A stretch of DNA of 64,000 bases, taken from Selaginella moellendorffii. Taxonomy: Eukaryota > Plantae > Lycopodiophyta. Position 1 is the stretch's first letter; the number at the start of each line of letters is the position of its first letter. The stretch spans positions 343,361-407,360 of the forward strand of contig NW_003314388.1 in assembly GCF_000143415.4 (NCBI RefSeq), written 5' to 3'. The notes beneath the pieces are model-generated. The model did not search any database, was not told where the DNA came from, and was given only the letters and a program-made list of their open reading frames with translations. Positions 27,622 through 40,800 of the stretch are shown piece by piece. Position numbers and translations under genes: made by a program.

Positions 27622-29184
27622 TATAAGTGAGTAAATTTTCCATTCTACTTTAATCACTTAATCACACCTCCGACCACTTGGAGGAGTCTCATTCACAACC
27701 TCTATAAGTCCTATTCTGAACTTGGGGCTTGCTAGCCTTGAGAATGTCATCCCTGTCACTTAACCTTTGCACTTGGTCTAAATGCTTCCCATGACCGACA
27801 CTCAAAGGTACCACTGACATATTAGCCCGTTACATTAAGGCCATGCCCAATCACCTTTGCTGCACTGGTGGTCTAATACCCCTTGGATCACAGTCATGTC
27901 TCTCCAAGGTTGGGCCATCTGTCCATAACTGGTCATTTCAGATCCACTCATTAGCATCCTTAAGATGTTTGCAGACATGGGGAACAACTTTCCCTAATAT
28001 CCTTTTTCAGTCCCCACTAAGTCCCTTTCTGTCCATGGCCGTGTTCGCCAACACTGCCCCTGGAACAAGGCACGTAGGCCTGACTTTTAAGTCCCACTAT
28101 CCTTTGGGACTTCCTCACCATGTGACCATATTTTTAGTCACTGCACTAGAGGATTGTTCCTCTTCCTTTTCACAGTCTAAGACTTTGGGACAACATTTCA
28201 AAACACTATGGCCTTACATAAGCCTCATAAGTACTCTCCCCACCTTTTGCCTTTTGGTGCTCTAGTCGTGGGATTAGAGTGAGGTTCTATTGAGCCATAC
28301 CAGGTATCCAAGAAGGTAGTGCCACCCACACTTAGACTGGGAGCATCAACCATTCGATCTTCCGAGGAAACTACAGCCGGCTCTTGAACACTTCACCAAA
28401 TTACCCCACTTGTCAGTCTGTATTCACTCTAGCTTTGGACTTCCCAATGGTTATCCCATCACCCAACACCTGGGTATAGCCTTCCTGGGAAAAACTAGCC
28501 TTTCCTGGTTAAACTAGCTCCACTAAAGTCTTCCCCTTACTATACTTTTGTAGCTCACCAAACCCCTCAGGGTCTGAGAGACGAACACTTTGGGCTTTCA
28601 CCCTCGGACTCAAATTTAGACTTGGAATCAGGCTTGGCCTCGGTCTTGGGCTCAGCCTTGGTCTCGATTTCAGTTGCAGTCCCGGTCCCGATCTCGGTCT
28701 CAGTCCTAGTCCTAGTCCCAGTCTTAGTCTTGGTCCCAGTCCCGGTCCCGGTCTCGGTCTTGGTCCTAGTCCCGGTCCTGGTCTTGGTCCCAGTCCTGGT
28801 CTTGGTCTCAGTCTCGGTCTTGGTCTCAACCTCAGATTCCATCTTGGGCCCTTCTCGGACTCCATCTTGGACTTTATCTCGGACTCCATCTCGAACTCCA
28901 TCTTGGTCCATCTCAGGTCCATCTCGGACTCCTTCTCAGACTCCACCTTGGGCACTTCCATGTATCACATGTTGGTCTTTTTGTGTCCCTTTTTTAGAGA
29001 CTCACTTATTGCTCGTTTCGTGCTCATTCTTCAAACACTTTATTGGGAGTTCCACTCCCACTCTAGACTTTTCGAGTTAGAGCTTTTAGTCCAAACGTGT
29101 TATGCTTATTTGGCTTTTGCTTCGGCCACTACCAGATGGCACCCTTTCGGCTCCACTTTGGGGCATAGGGGTTTGTGTCTCACA
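27622..29184 (-). repeat. 3' LTR, family B (contains 6-bp and 12-bp tandem repeats)
   Basis: Homologous to 45762-47317; GGTCYY-type hexamers and TCGGACTCCATC-like units at about 28630-28950. Confidence 0.9.
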
Positions 29185-30466
29185 ACTCCACCTCCCATAG
29201 ATGAAGTTTAATATCCTCATTGAATAGTAAATATTTTTATAACCCCATTATGGGTTACCACTTCTTGTCCTTGGCACCTAATCAACCTCTGTCAATGGTT
29301 TGACATCGAAGGCTCACTATGCTTTGTCTATCCTCTAAGGAGCATAATCTCTCTAACATAGAGACTCATTCGATCACTTGTGCTAGTTGTTTCCCTTTTA
29401 TTGGCTTAGTTTTTACTAAACCCATTAGAGGAACTATCTCCATCCCATTACTCATTCTCGAGTAGACTCAACTTCTATTGATGTAACCATTGCACTTTGG
29501 AACTTTTAATTTTGATTGCTCCTAATCAATTTCCTAGGTGTCTTCAACACCTTGCATTGCACATTTATTGCAAGCTCCACTCCCCCATCCTAGGAAGTTT
29601 TGTATTTGAGGACACCATCATCCTCTTTTCTATTTTATGCCACTCTAGGCACTAAGTTCCATTTACCCATAATTTGTGCTAGGGTTGTCCATGACCCTAT
29701 CATTTAGCTACCTTGCCACTCCCTCCTTTGGAGCTTTTTCCTTTGCCAAATTTGAGCATTTGGGAACCCATCCTTGAAAACATATTTCCTTTCCCATGAT
29801 TCGTTAGCATCCAACACATAAGTGTTCCTTGCTCAACTTTATTGTTTGGATCTCTTTCAATAAATCCTATAGTTCAAACTTGGCCTCTAGTCTTTTGCTC
29901 CTATTTTTTGATTGTTACACTAAACACAAGATCACTACCTCCATCCTTGAGGTATCCTTTTGGTTACATAGCAAAGGCTCTGTTTTGCCAAATTTAAAGG
30001 GTATTCACCCCTAGTAAGTCTCCCCAATGTTTTCTACTCTAGGCTCTCTCTATGGCCCAACTTTGCAACCCACCCAAGGGTTTTCCTTGGAGACAATTTT
30101 TTTGAACTCATAATACCATTGTATCATTATAGTTCATTTCCATTAGATGTTCTTCCCACATAGTCACATTGACTAAGCCACACCATTATCAATAGTTCAA
30201 ATCAACACTTTGAACAAGGAACTTTACTCCTCAACCTCATAAGCACCTCGTCCTTGCTTAGTCAGAAGATCACCTAGTGATCTAATCTTAACACCTCAAC
30301 AGGTTTGCTAATAAGTATTAGGTCTTCCAAAACTTTTAGGTTGTTAACTATGACCCCAGGGTCATCTCCCACACTTGGCAGTGCACCTAAGCCAGCCCTT
30401 CTGGCTAAGGATCAAAATTGGGTGTCCTCATCTCATTCACCACGTCTTTGATGCTATTTGCACCAA

Positions 30467-30735
30467 AGTGTTCAAATTAGATATGCCGAGCTTTTACACT
30501 AAAAAATCTAACCGTGCATCACAACTTTGGGGCATCCTCCGCTTGGCGGTGTGCCCAAGCCAATCTCTTCATTGAGAGTCCATGACCACTGAAATATGAG
30601 CGTCCTTATATTACTATACCCTACTGATTTGGGACTCGAACCCAAGCATTAGAGGATTGGGACTCAAACCCAACTTCCGTATATGCATTTACGGACGGCA
30701 TCAGCTAGGATGCCTGGCGTGACTCCCCACGCCAG
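30467..30735. other. Small putative insertion ending in five adjacent hairpins, flanked by TGCACCAA
   Basis: TGCACCAA at 30459-30466 and 30736-30743; stems TTGGG/CCCAA (twice), TCCGTA/TACGGA, GGCATC/GATGCC and CTGGCGTG/CACGCCAG at 30629-30735. Confidence 0.45.
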
Positions 30736-32006
30736 TGCACCAACTTATACTTAAAGCGTGCTATAGATCACAACTTAAGAACTTAATTCTTTTACACTAC
30801 CAAGTCCTTTCATTTGACAAATTTGTGATCATGCATGGTCTCCTCCATGCTTGGCCTCATGGGCCACCCCTTTTGAAGTTAGCACATTTAACTAAGATAT
30901 TTGTTCCCTTGACTTGTCAATCTCACATAGTAAATCATCTAACCACTGTAACATAGTTCATGCACAAGCATGAAAGTCCTTAACCATTGACTTTCATTTA
31001 AAGCTTTCTCTTTGAACACTTGGGAACTACTTCCCTAACCTTGATAGCCTTGCGTTATGGTAAGTTTCAAGACCACTCTTCTATTGCGCCACTCTGATTT
31101 CGTGTGTTCTTTGAACCATTTACACTTGGCTTTTTAAGTTTAGAATTATCTTTGGGAACCTTAAAGGAATTATGTCCTCTAACTTGCTAAGGCCTCTCCT
31201 TTCGCAAGCTTTTTAATTGCTATATGGTCTAACATGGATAATTCTATATTTTAGACTCTAACAATATGCTCGAGCACTCTCTTAATTCTCCACTTCTAAT
31301 TTGCACAACCACCCTTGAAGCTCTATTTCGTTAAAGTGGGATTTATTCAGTAAAATGGGACTAGGTACAAATTTTCAAGTATTTGAAAATGACGTGAAAT
31401 TATATGTTTTTTGTCCAGGGGCTAGACATATCTGGGGCATGGTGACTAGCGCGGTGACTTTGTGTCCAGACTGAGTCCATCTGGTTGTATAATAAATCTC
31501 ATTGTCAAGGTGAACAAGCCGAATCTGAAGCTAAAGAAGAGCGATGGCATGCGCGCACACGCTATTTGTTTGTTCATTGAGTGTGTGGTGAGCTTTCCAA
31601 GATGAACGTCATTCCTATTAGCCAGACATATAACTTAATGGTGAGAACATTTAGATATTATTCAATGTTATCTTTTTCTAACGAATCTAATTGTGAAGGT
31701 GTAGCAAGAGGCATTGCTAGTCTGGAGAAGTCATTTAACTCATTTGACCCTTAGTGTATTTTCATGAAACTAAATAACATTCATATTATTAAGGAATTTC
31801 TCTAGTACCTTTTTTTTACGACATAGAGGCTTGCATTTCTTTCAAAGGTGATTTAGTAAAAGGCCTGAGGGCACATGCCATTCTATTTCTCAGACCGGTA
31901 TTAAGATATACTAGTGCAAAGGGCCACATGCCATCACGCCTCCTCTGATTCAGATTCGGATTGTTCACCTTGAAATAAAATACATTAGAAACTTAGTAAA
32001 GGAATA

Positions 32007-35000
32007 TTAATGAATCTCACCTTGAACCCGGGTTATGAATGCTCTTGCTGCATCTCTTGCATGGTCTGGCAAGGTGATGGTGGCACTCTGCTTCCGCATC
32101 CAACCATGCACAACATTATCCACTGATATGCTCATGCTGGGATCCCTTGGATTCAGCACCCATCTCTTTTCTAGGCAATCCTTCGTATATCCGGAACTTG
32201 GCTTGAACCACTCCACAGTTACATTGAAGGAGTTAGTTTCCGCGTCCTCCTCTGCATCAGTGATGCAGCGCCCCACCCATATCATTTGTTTTTTATTACT
32301 GGGTCTGACAAGCACGACCATTCCTTTGCAGACCTGTACTGGATTGAATGCTGAATCCGGCTTCTTGTTCCTCGGCCCACAATAGTGATCCTCAACATCG
32401 TTATCTGTCACTGCATTTCCAGAGGACATTGTTCCGGTACTATCTGGTGCTCTGGGTTCTGGCCAAAAGGACTCTTCCAATTCTTCATATACAACCGGCC
32501 CATTTTGGATAGCAGATATAATCTTCTCCCAGTATTCGAGCAAAGGCTTGCACCTCTTAAAATAGGATTCTCCACCAAACACCAACCCCCTCTTCTAGAA
32601 GGCAATATGCTGTCTAATCCCGGCCACTATACTTTCCTGATCTTTGAGTCCATCCGGGTGCATCGGCCGTGGGGAACCCTGAGGAATCATAGGTTCCCCA
32701 GTTATGGGATCTCTCTTGAAGAGTTCAATGCCGTCCACTGGCAGCCACACTGTGTCCCATTCTCTCATCTTGTACCTCATCACTGGAGCACCGTCACGCA
32801 TGCTGAAATGAAACTGAAGAGGCTTGGAGTGGCCAATCAGCGTTTCGGATCCGTCCCTGATGTAGCCTCTAACAAACCCCTTAAAGTCTGGAACCTCTAT
32901 CACAAGTGCAGCTTCAACAGTGCCTTTGATGCAATTTTGGAATTCATCGTAGAGTTGTGGGAGGGTGAGGACATTGGATCGCCGGAGGGACTCTGCCAGG
33001 TGACTGAACATGGCATCGACGTCTTCATGAGTGTGCCCAACCATGAGAAAGCCAAGTGTAACCGTTTCAAATATGCCTTTGGCAACAAGCATCGCCAAGT
33101 ACGCGAAGACGTACATGTTTTTGTTCTCACTGCCAGCATTGTCTGTTTGGAGAAGAAGATGGGGTGGAAGGCCACATTGGCTGCAAGAACTTCCTTGAGA
33201 TTCTGCTTCGTTTGGATGAGGCTGTGCATTCACCGGGCGACCAGCCTCGTCGGAATGGCATGAGGCCTCACGTGATAACCCTACAATCTGACAACCAACA
33301 TATTCACTGGGATGGCATGGGGCCCCACGCGATACTGCAAGCCTTTGCTCCTCCTCCAGCTGAACCCTGTATGGGGTTCGATCGACAAGGGCCTTATGCA
33401 AGGGTTGGCCGTTCAGCTCAGTCTGTGCACTTTGCAAAGACCTTAAGTGTTTTGCTAGGGACACAATCATCATGTTTGCACCCCCGCCACCCCATAGAGG
33501 TACAAAGAAGTTCCCATAGTTCTGGGCACCATGCCCATGAGCGATTATGCCAAACAGAGACACAGGCAGCTGCATGGATGAAGAGATTGCCTTGGGGGCA
33601 GGATTGAGTCGAGGTAAGCACGTCTTTTTCTGGTCCATTTCGTCGTGGATGATGCAGAGGTAAGAGTCAGGTCTCTCCATGGAGAGAATCCTATTATGAT
33701 AATATGCAGTCCTGCAGCTTCTCTGCTCGATGTTGTGGTCGAGCCGCCTTCTAACCAACGTCTCTCGCTCTTGAGCGCTGCAAGAATTCTTCGACAAAGC
33801 CATTTTGATAGCAGTGCACTCGTCACACTTTGAAAAGCTGGAGTACTTTCCTATACTCACATCCCTGAACCTGTTGCTCCACAATCTACTAAATCTAGAT
33901 TGGCTCAGCTTCCTGTAGCCATTACTCTGGAGTTCCCGATTCACATCTTCCAATATGGCCCCTTTGGTATACATGGAAGGGAGAACTCGTTGGGTGTCTC
34001 GTGTTCCATCTTCCAAGAGGCGGGTTTTATGTGGTTGCTGCTTGCTACATGTCTCGACAAACCTCTTGAAGATTGCCTCTCCATATACAACATGACCCCT
34101 GGTTTTGTGCGTACCGTCGTTCCTATAGACTGCCTGTTGAACCCTTTGTTCCTCGAACTCAGTTTTGATTCTGTAGAATGTGCTTCGAGGGACTCCATAA
34201 ATGATTCTCCATGCCTTCATGCAGACCAAACCCCTCTGGAAGACCATGCCCCCCACCTGATGTTCTGAAGCATCAACAGATGACCATAATGCCTCATACA
34301 CAAAATTGCGAGCTGCCTTCCAGGACAATGTCTTGTATCTTGCTCTCTCCTCTTCAATAGCATCCCAATCAGCATGTTGACAGCACCTCCTCTTGCAACA
34401 AGCAACTGTCGAGACTATTCGAACCTCCATCGCCATTTTCTACCTTTTCGGTTCGTTGCTCAGATCCCTTTGGCTGCGCTGTAGGAAGGTGTACTTTCTT
34501 TTCCCATGAAGAGATGTTCTGTCATCAGTTGTAGTGGTGTTTGATTGTGAATCCTTCACATTCTCAAACACTAAATGCCTCAATTTCCAATGCTTCCAAT
34601 AGTCAGACTGTTTTCTTCTGTGTCAACAACCTCTAAAATCGCAACTCCAATATCATCCCAGCCCAATTCTTGATTAGCAACCGCATCTCTTGGATCGACA
34701 ACTGTGGCTAAGCCCTCAGCTACCACCTCCCCCTCGGGGTTGTTTAGAAACACCTTTGCTTGAATCCATGTAGCACGGTTCTTAAGATCCACGGAGGGAA
34801 CATGCGTCGCACTTGCGCTGTCCCCAACATCTGCTTTCTTCTGCAGATTTTTCAAGGCAACAACAACATTTACCCCGACGACCATCTCTCCTCGTTCAAT
34901 AGCGACCACATTCCCATCGAAGACAGTCTCTACTGATACAGCAGCATTGCCTTCCCCAAGCCTTTGACAGTGTATAACAAAGTTCCGATCCATAGACACA

Positions 35001-35068
35001 AGGGTCCCTTTTGCAACTCTCTTCCCACCATTCAAAATGTAAACCTTTTCCCCAACCCTGAAGGCCAT
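32007..35068 (-). pseudogene. DDD-type (Sola-like) transposase, copy 1, frameshifted
   Basis: Motifs CCKRRC, KCDEC, IIHDEMDQ, LQTDNAGSENKN and FLMVGHTHEDVDAMFS. A 7-bp deletion relative to copy 2 at about 34588 splits the ORF; in-frame TAG at 32595-32597. Confidence 0.85.
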
Positions 35069-35247
35069 TCTGAAAGTGCAGAAAAGAAGTTAAGACCATA
35101 CAAAAAATGATTGGAGAATGGCCTAAATCATAACATACCAAATAGCATGAGGCCACATGCCATTATTCAAACATGCTATTGACACCCACGTGAAATTTCG
35201 CATTCACAAAATTGGCATGAGCCCTCATGCCATTAGTGGTACCACTA

Positions 35248-35439
35248 ATGGCATGAGGCCTCACGCTATCTTTGGCCCCTGCTAGCCTGTTGCTATATTC
35301 CTTTTGCCTTGTTGCAACTGTATATATTTTTATGTGCGTGACTAGTCACCCATACAAAAATATATACAGTTGCAGCAAGGCAAAAGGAATATGGCAATAG
35401 GCTAGCAGGGGCCAAAGATGGTATGAGGCCTCATGCCAT
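35248..35439. repeat. About 85-90-bp inverted repeat upstream of the transposase (copy 1 only)
   Basis: Arms about 35248-35335 and 35351-35439 are reverse complements, each ending in the 22-bp motif; the left arm is absent in copy 2. Confidence 0.85.
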
Positions 35440-36560
35440 CTTGATATACACACAGCTGCAGGCAAGTAAAAACATACATGACAATACGCTAGCCATGAAA
35501 TTGCAAGGGCCCAAGATGGCATGTGGCCTCATGCCATTTCTAAATGTGGTCCTAAACCATTCCATGGTGAACATACCAGGAAGCACAAGTGCCGAATATC
35601 AAGAGGAAGCGGTAGCCACACCAAAGACAGTGCCGCTCGCAACACCGCAACTACTCGTAGCGCCGCTCGCAACACCGCAACTGCTCGTAGCGCCGCTCGC
35701 ACAAACTGCCACTCGCATAAACTGCCACTCGCAATGGCGCTCGCAATGCCGCAACCACTTGTAGACGCATAAACCACAGCTCACAACGCCGCTTACACAA
35801 GCAGCGCTCACTGCGCTCAGCGGAACCAAGAACACGGCGCACAAAAATGATAGACCTAGGAATGAGTTCGAGAATTCAAAAATAACACACGCTTGAACGT
35901 CACATCAAATCCTCTGACAAACCAGATCTTATGATTCCTCTGACAAATTTCAAACTGAGTAGCTTCTAGACTTTGCTGTCGGAGGTTGAACTTTGTCACA
36001 TCATGTCCTTGCCTCGATCCAGCTGTGCCATGTCAGTGATTCGAACTTTGCCATGCCATGTCAGCGATCCGCGCCAAGATTATTCGCCATGTAAAGGAAT
36101 AATTATGCTGTGTGTGTACGTCCATTTATGGCAATATAAGGCCACACGCCATTCAAAGAATAATGCTAGTCGAGCATTTTTTGGTGCATTTTTGGGTTCA
36201 AAATTGCATGAGCCCACACACTATAAAGTTTACCTGTACCAAAAATAGAAACAGCTTTATTTACTTGGGAATTTAAGTGGTTGAGGCATTTTTAAACTTA
36301 CAAACACATGCCCTACTTACATTCATTTGGTTGCTTAAAATTCAAAAATATTATAAACCTTTCTTTTTGCATTTTCAATGTTTTCAATTATGGTTTTTGA
36401 TTTTCGTAGGACCAGCCTAGTAATCTATTTGCATCCCGTCATGTTTATAGCTAGCTTTCGTTTGTCCCCTTCGCTGGCCTGAGATACATCTGCTCGGAAT
36501 CTGCCTCTTACAGCATTTGCCCAGAAAGGGCATCTTTCTTCACACAGCATTTGCCACATG

Positions 36561-36599
36561 TTTAGGGTTAGGGTTTAGGGTTTAGGGTTTAGGGTTTAG
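36561..36599 (+). repeat. Internal plant telomeric tract (TTTAGGG)n within the transposon
   Basis: tttaggg ttaggg tttaggg tttaggg tttaggg tttag. Confidence 0.95.
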
Positions 36600-37850
36600 C
36601 AATTCAGTAGCTTGATAAACATGCAAATACAGAACTTGATGCAAAATCCTTTGATATGTCACAATGCCCCTAGGACCATAAACACATTTCAATAGAGAGG
36701 GTCCTTTCATTTCATAACTCCTTACGTAGATCTTGGTGAAACCAGAGTTAGTGAAGTTGGTTTCTTGTGATCCCGCATCTGATTGTGATGTCCCTTTGCA
36801 GTGTCGATGGAAAGGTCAATGCACACCAAACTGTAGAATCTTGGAGCAAAATAACAGTCGGATCTATGGCAAATGCCCCTGAAACATTGTAAGGCTCGTG
36901 TGGTCTCATGTGGTGTCCGATCGAGATGCTTCTTTGCAGGGTCATCAAGAAGGACATTGTATACCATTCTGTAAAATCTAGTTGCGATCTAACGGTTGGA
37001 TCTCCAGGAAACTAAAAACAATCTCGTGCGTGTCAGAATATTCTAGGAATATACTCCTATGTGCTCCTGAAAATGGCATGCGGCCCCACGCCATTCAAGA
37101 GATAACGCCAGATGACGCCGAGCATTTTTTGGTGCATTTTTTGGGATCAAAATTGCATGAGCCCACACGCTTGAACGTCACATCAAATCCTCTGACAATT
37201 TATTTAGCTGAACATCTGGCATTTTTGGAAATACAAGATGCTTTGGAATATCCAATCATGCATGGTATAAATATAGCGAGGGTATTAAATGATATCCCAA
37301 TCATGATCTTTCTTTTGGATTTCGCGTGCATGCAGTCTGAGGAATGATGACGTTGCGGATTTCTTTTGGATTTCACGCATGCGCGCGCCGATCCAAAAAT
37401 TAATGGTGGCGCCCAAGTCCGAGGAATGATGACGTGGCAGGATTACCAACCGTCGTGACATTTCACGCGTGTGAGGTTAGGTTTTGCATTTTGCTTCGTA
37501 CTCGCGCTCGCATCGCGCTCCCACTCGCGCTCGCATCGCGCTCCCACTCGCGCTCCCACTTCTCTACAGGTTTCTTGTGTGCATCGGCGTCCACTCGCGC
37601 TTGCATCACACTCGCGCTCGCATCGCGCTCGTGTGCATCGGCGTCAACTTCAAGACACACCCAGTTTGTAACTTCGCCGCCAACTCCGCTGCCCACTCCG
37701 CCACCCACACGCAGCCCACTTGGCGTCCCGGGAGATTTCAGCGCCACTCTCCAACTGTAAGTGGCAGAGTAGCCTTGCTGCTACGATCCGCTGCACACAC
37801 AGTGCACATTCGCCAGCGAGTCCGGTTGTCACGCCTCCATTCGGCTTCAA

Positions 37851-40800
37851 ATGGTAAGTCTTTTAGGCCAAGTAGAAAATGGCATGAGGCCACATGCCAT
37901 TCAGTAGCAACATTGGCATGCACCGATTGGGCTCTTGAGTGCAGTCCGGTTACAGATGGCGTGTAGCCTCACGCCATCTTAGGATGCAGCCTCAAGACAT
38001 CTGATGCAGTGGTGAATGGCGTGTGGCCTCACGTTATTTCCAGCTACTAGCTTTTCATCTGTCAGCTCTAATTGTTGTGCATTTCTAAACAGGCGAGGAA
38101 TTGCATTCTTCTTCCAGCCACTGTCAATGTGGATGCAGAGAAGGGGGAGGAGCTCACCAGTTGGACTTTCGGGATGGAAGGCGAGGATCTGAGGCTGTAC
38201 AATATAGATGGTGGGAGAAAAGAATGCATGGGGATCCTTATCCAAGTGACAGACACTCCATGCAGTTCCATGCAAGAATATGGACTGGCACTTGTGGTAG
38301 AGACAGCGTCTACCTTCAAGATCCACCTTGCACATCCTAGCGGCTTCCCGGAGGGGGGCAGCGGCTATGAGGAATTCCTAGAGGGAGCTAGGGAGAGGTT
38401 GTCCAGGAGGCCCACAATTTCAAAGACACTGTGGGTCTATGAAGATCACATGGAATCCACGGACCTCACCTACGGCGATGTTCAAAAACTATATTCCAAC
38501 ATTGAGCCGTTGAGAGTGACTCCAGTTCGCGAAGCAAAGGGGAAGGGGGTCGATCTGGAAACTACCTCGAAGCAGAAAAGGGTGGTCAAGCTCAAGCCGA
38601 CGTCCGACTCTCCTGCTCCAAAAAAGAAGCTACTCAGTGATGCCATTGCCTCGGGTTCGAACACTACACCCACCAAAAAGAAGAGCCGCAAAGAGCAGAA
38701 AGAACAAGAAGAGGCAGCAAAAATCATCACAGATAATAGTACTTGTTACTATTCCAACAAAGTATATACAATCGACGTGAGCCGTATCGACATCCAAAGC
38801 AAATACAACCACAGGCTAGTATCTGATGAGTGGGTGGAGAAACTGAAGCAGAAGATGCTGGCAAGTCTAGTAACACCCGACATCGCAGACGTGATCCCCT
38901 ACTACCGAACAATGAAGGGCGAGACGAGGTTTCCAGACTTGATCAATAGGAAGGTGTTGGACGATCAGAACATCTGGTTCTATGCCGTCTCCGGGCAGCA
39001 TTCTAGCTTGGCGATGCAAGAGATAGTTGTGGATATTATGGTGGGCGAGGAGGTGAAGAAAGCTTTCAAGACAAGAGTTGTCCGCCTGATAAAAGGCAAC
39101 TCGCCCCTCCGATCTATCATATACATCTCCCACGCGCTGAATGTCAAGCAAGAAACGTGCTACAAATCGGGTCTGCACGAGACATTGGCACGAACACGGA
39201 AGCTCTGGGTTCAACTGAAAAAGCCACAAAAACCAGGACAAGGACGTGCACTAGCAACTAGCGCCTGGCAGGTAAGCCTCGTTGCATGTGGCATAGCATG
39301 TGGCCTCACGCCATTTCCATTGCAGGAATTCTCGAGTCTTCTCTCGAAAACACTGGGGGTCAATGACACACTCAGCATCCATAACATTCTACTCGCGACA
39401 AAAGTTGTTTTTGACAAATGGGTAGATGTGCTGAGGAGGTACCATGACGGGGAGTTGCCAAACTCAATGGGTGTGGAGGACGGCCGGAAGCCCAATGATT
39501 TGAAGCTCAACGCCTTGCGTTTCTCGCGGTCTCTAGACGACGACGACCTTCTGACAGTGGCTAATGCTCTTCTACGTGGTGAGGTAGTCTTCAACAAGAC
39601 CAAAATGACTCCCGGCCATATTGTGACATACGAGGACTTGTGCACGACTCTGAGAGCTCGTGCGCTATTGAAGGATTGGATCTTCGAGCAAGTGGCCGTG
39701 GAGAGGGTGAGCATCGACACCACGCAAGAGATGATGGAAGCGCTGGAGTTGTCAAATGAAGACATCGACGAGTACGTGAAGGGGGCCCCCAAGTTCATCG
39801 ATCTGCTGCGGGATGCCACGAAAAGTAAAGCTGAGAAGTTGGATCAGTATCCAAATTTCATTAAGATTGATGTCGACCGCCGGCTTCAGAAACAGCTCGA
39901 CCCCGCAGCAGAGGCCTATCGAGAACCTTACCGGGTATACTTGAATTCGGATGAGGATCAAAGGTGGAGGAGCATCGTTTCCCACGGAGATGAGCAGGTC
40001 AAGAACATCTTTTGTGTGATGGACTTCACAAACGAGGAGATCACTCATGCAAACGAAGTCAGCTCCATCATTGACTTAATGGTAGGACTTGCGGAGGTGG
40101 AATCTTCAGTCCACTATATGATCTACGACTCCGAATCCTATCATAAGTTCTGGAAGGCCTTGAACGAGGTGAAGGCTCGGTTGAAAGGCAAGGAGATGCG
40201 GGGGATCCATGGGATAATGGCTTAGAAGAAGATACCGATGAATGTCCGCATCTTCACACTCGCCCTTGTTATTGGTCCTGCAGCAGAGTGGGACTGGAGT
40301 GACTTCCCAGCTTCGTTCGACAAGGCCAATCGAATTGATCTGAGGGAGGTCAATTTACCCGTGTCTAAGGAACTGAAGATGGCTATGGAGCTTTTGAATC
40401 CAAAGAAAGCTCCAGGTGCAGCATGGGAAATGCTCAGCTGGGTCTTCAACGCAATAGCGGGTGGGTCACCTGCTTCCGACTCCAAGGGCAAATGCGTTGT
40501 CGAGTACAACTGTGGCGGACTATTCTTTCGAGCCGCACTACTCAAGGGTGTCCCGTGTGTTGCGGTGACAAACTCCATTGAAGAGGTGACTTCAATGGAG
40601 CATATAATTACAGTTGCCAAAGAAAAACAGTATCTTCTCTGCGAACCTGGTGAGTACACACTTTAAGTTTAAATGTTATCTCACAAGCTCTGTATGCAGG
40701 AGCGTGGCCACCCCCAGATGCTGAAACGGCGTTAACAGCTACTGTTGAAGATACCCATGTTGGGCCGAGCTCACAACTTGCACAAGGTAAGGTCACGTGA

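Noticed and set aside
28509-29211. Pro/Arg-, Thr/Lys- and Val-rich ORFs (also 46619-46939)
   Set aside because: Translations of hexamer and 12-mer repeats inside the family-B LTR.
30629-30673. tRNA gene suggested by B-box-like motifs
   Set aside because: No cloverleaf or correctly spaced A-box found.
32595-32632. Intron removing the transposase TAG
   Set aside because: Candidate GT...TAG spans are 38 nt (frameshifting) or 33 nt (shorter than any intron seen here).
32035-34268. Plus-strand ORFs up to 292 aa opposite the transposase
   Set aside because: Antisense shadows; the 292-aa ORF is broken by a stop in copy 2.
36561-36599. True chromosome end or fusion scar
   Set aside because: Only about five units, at the same internal position in both transposon copies.
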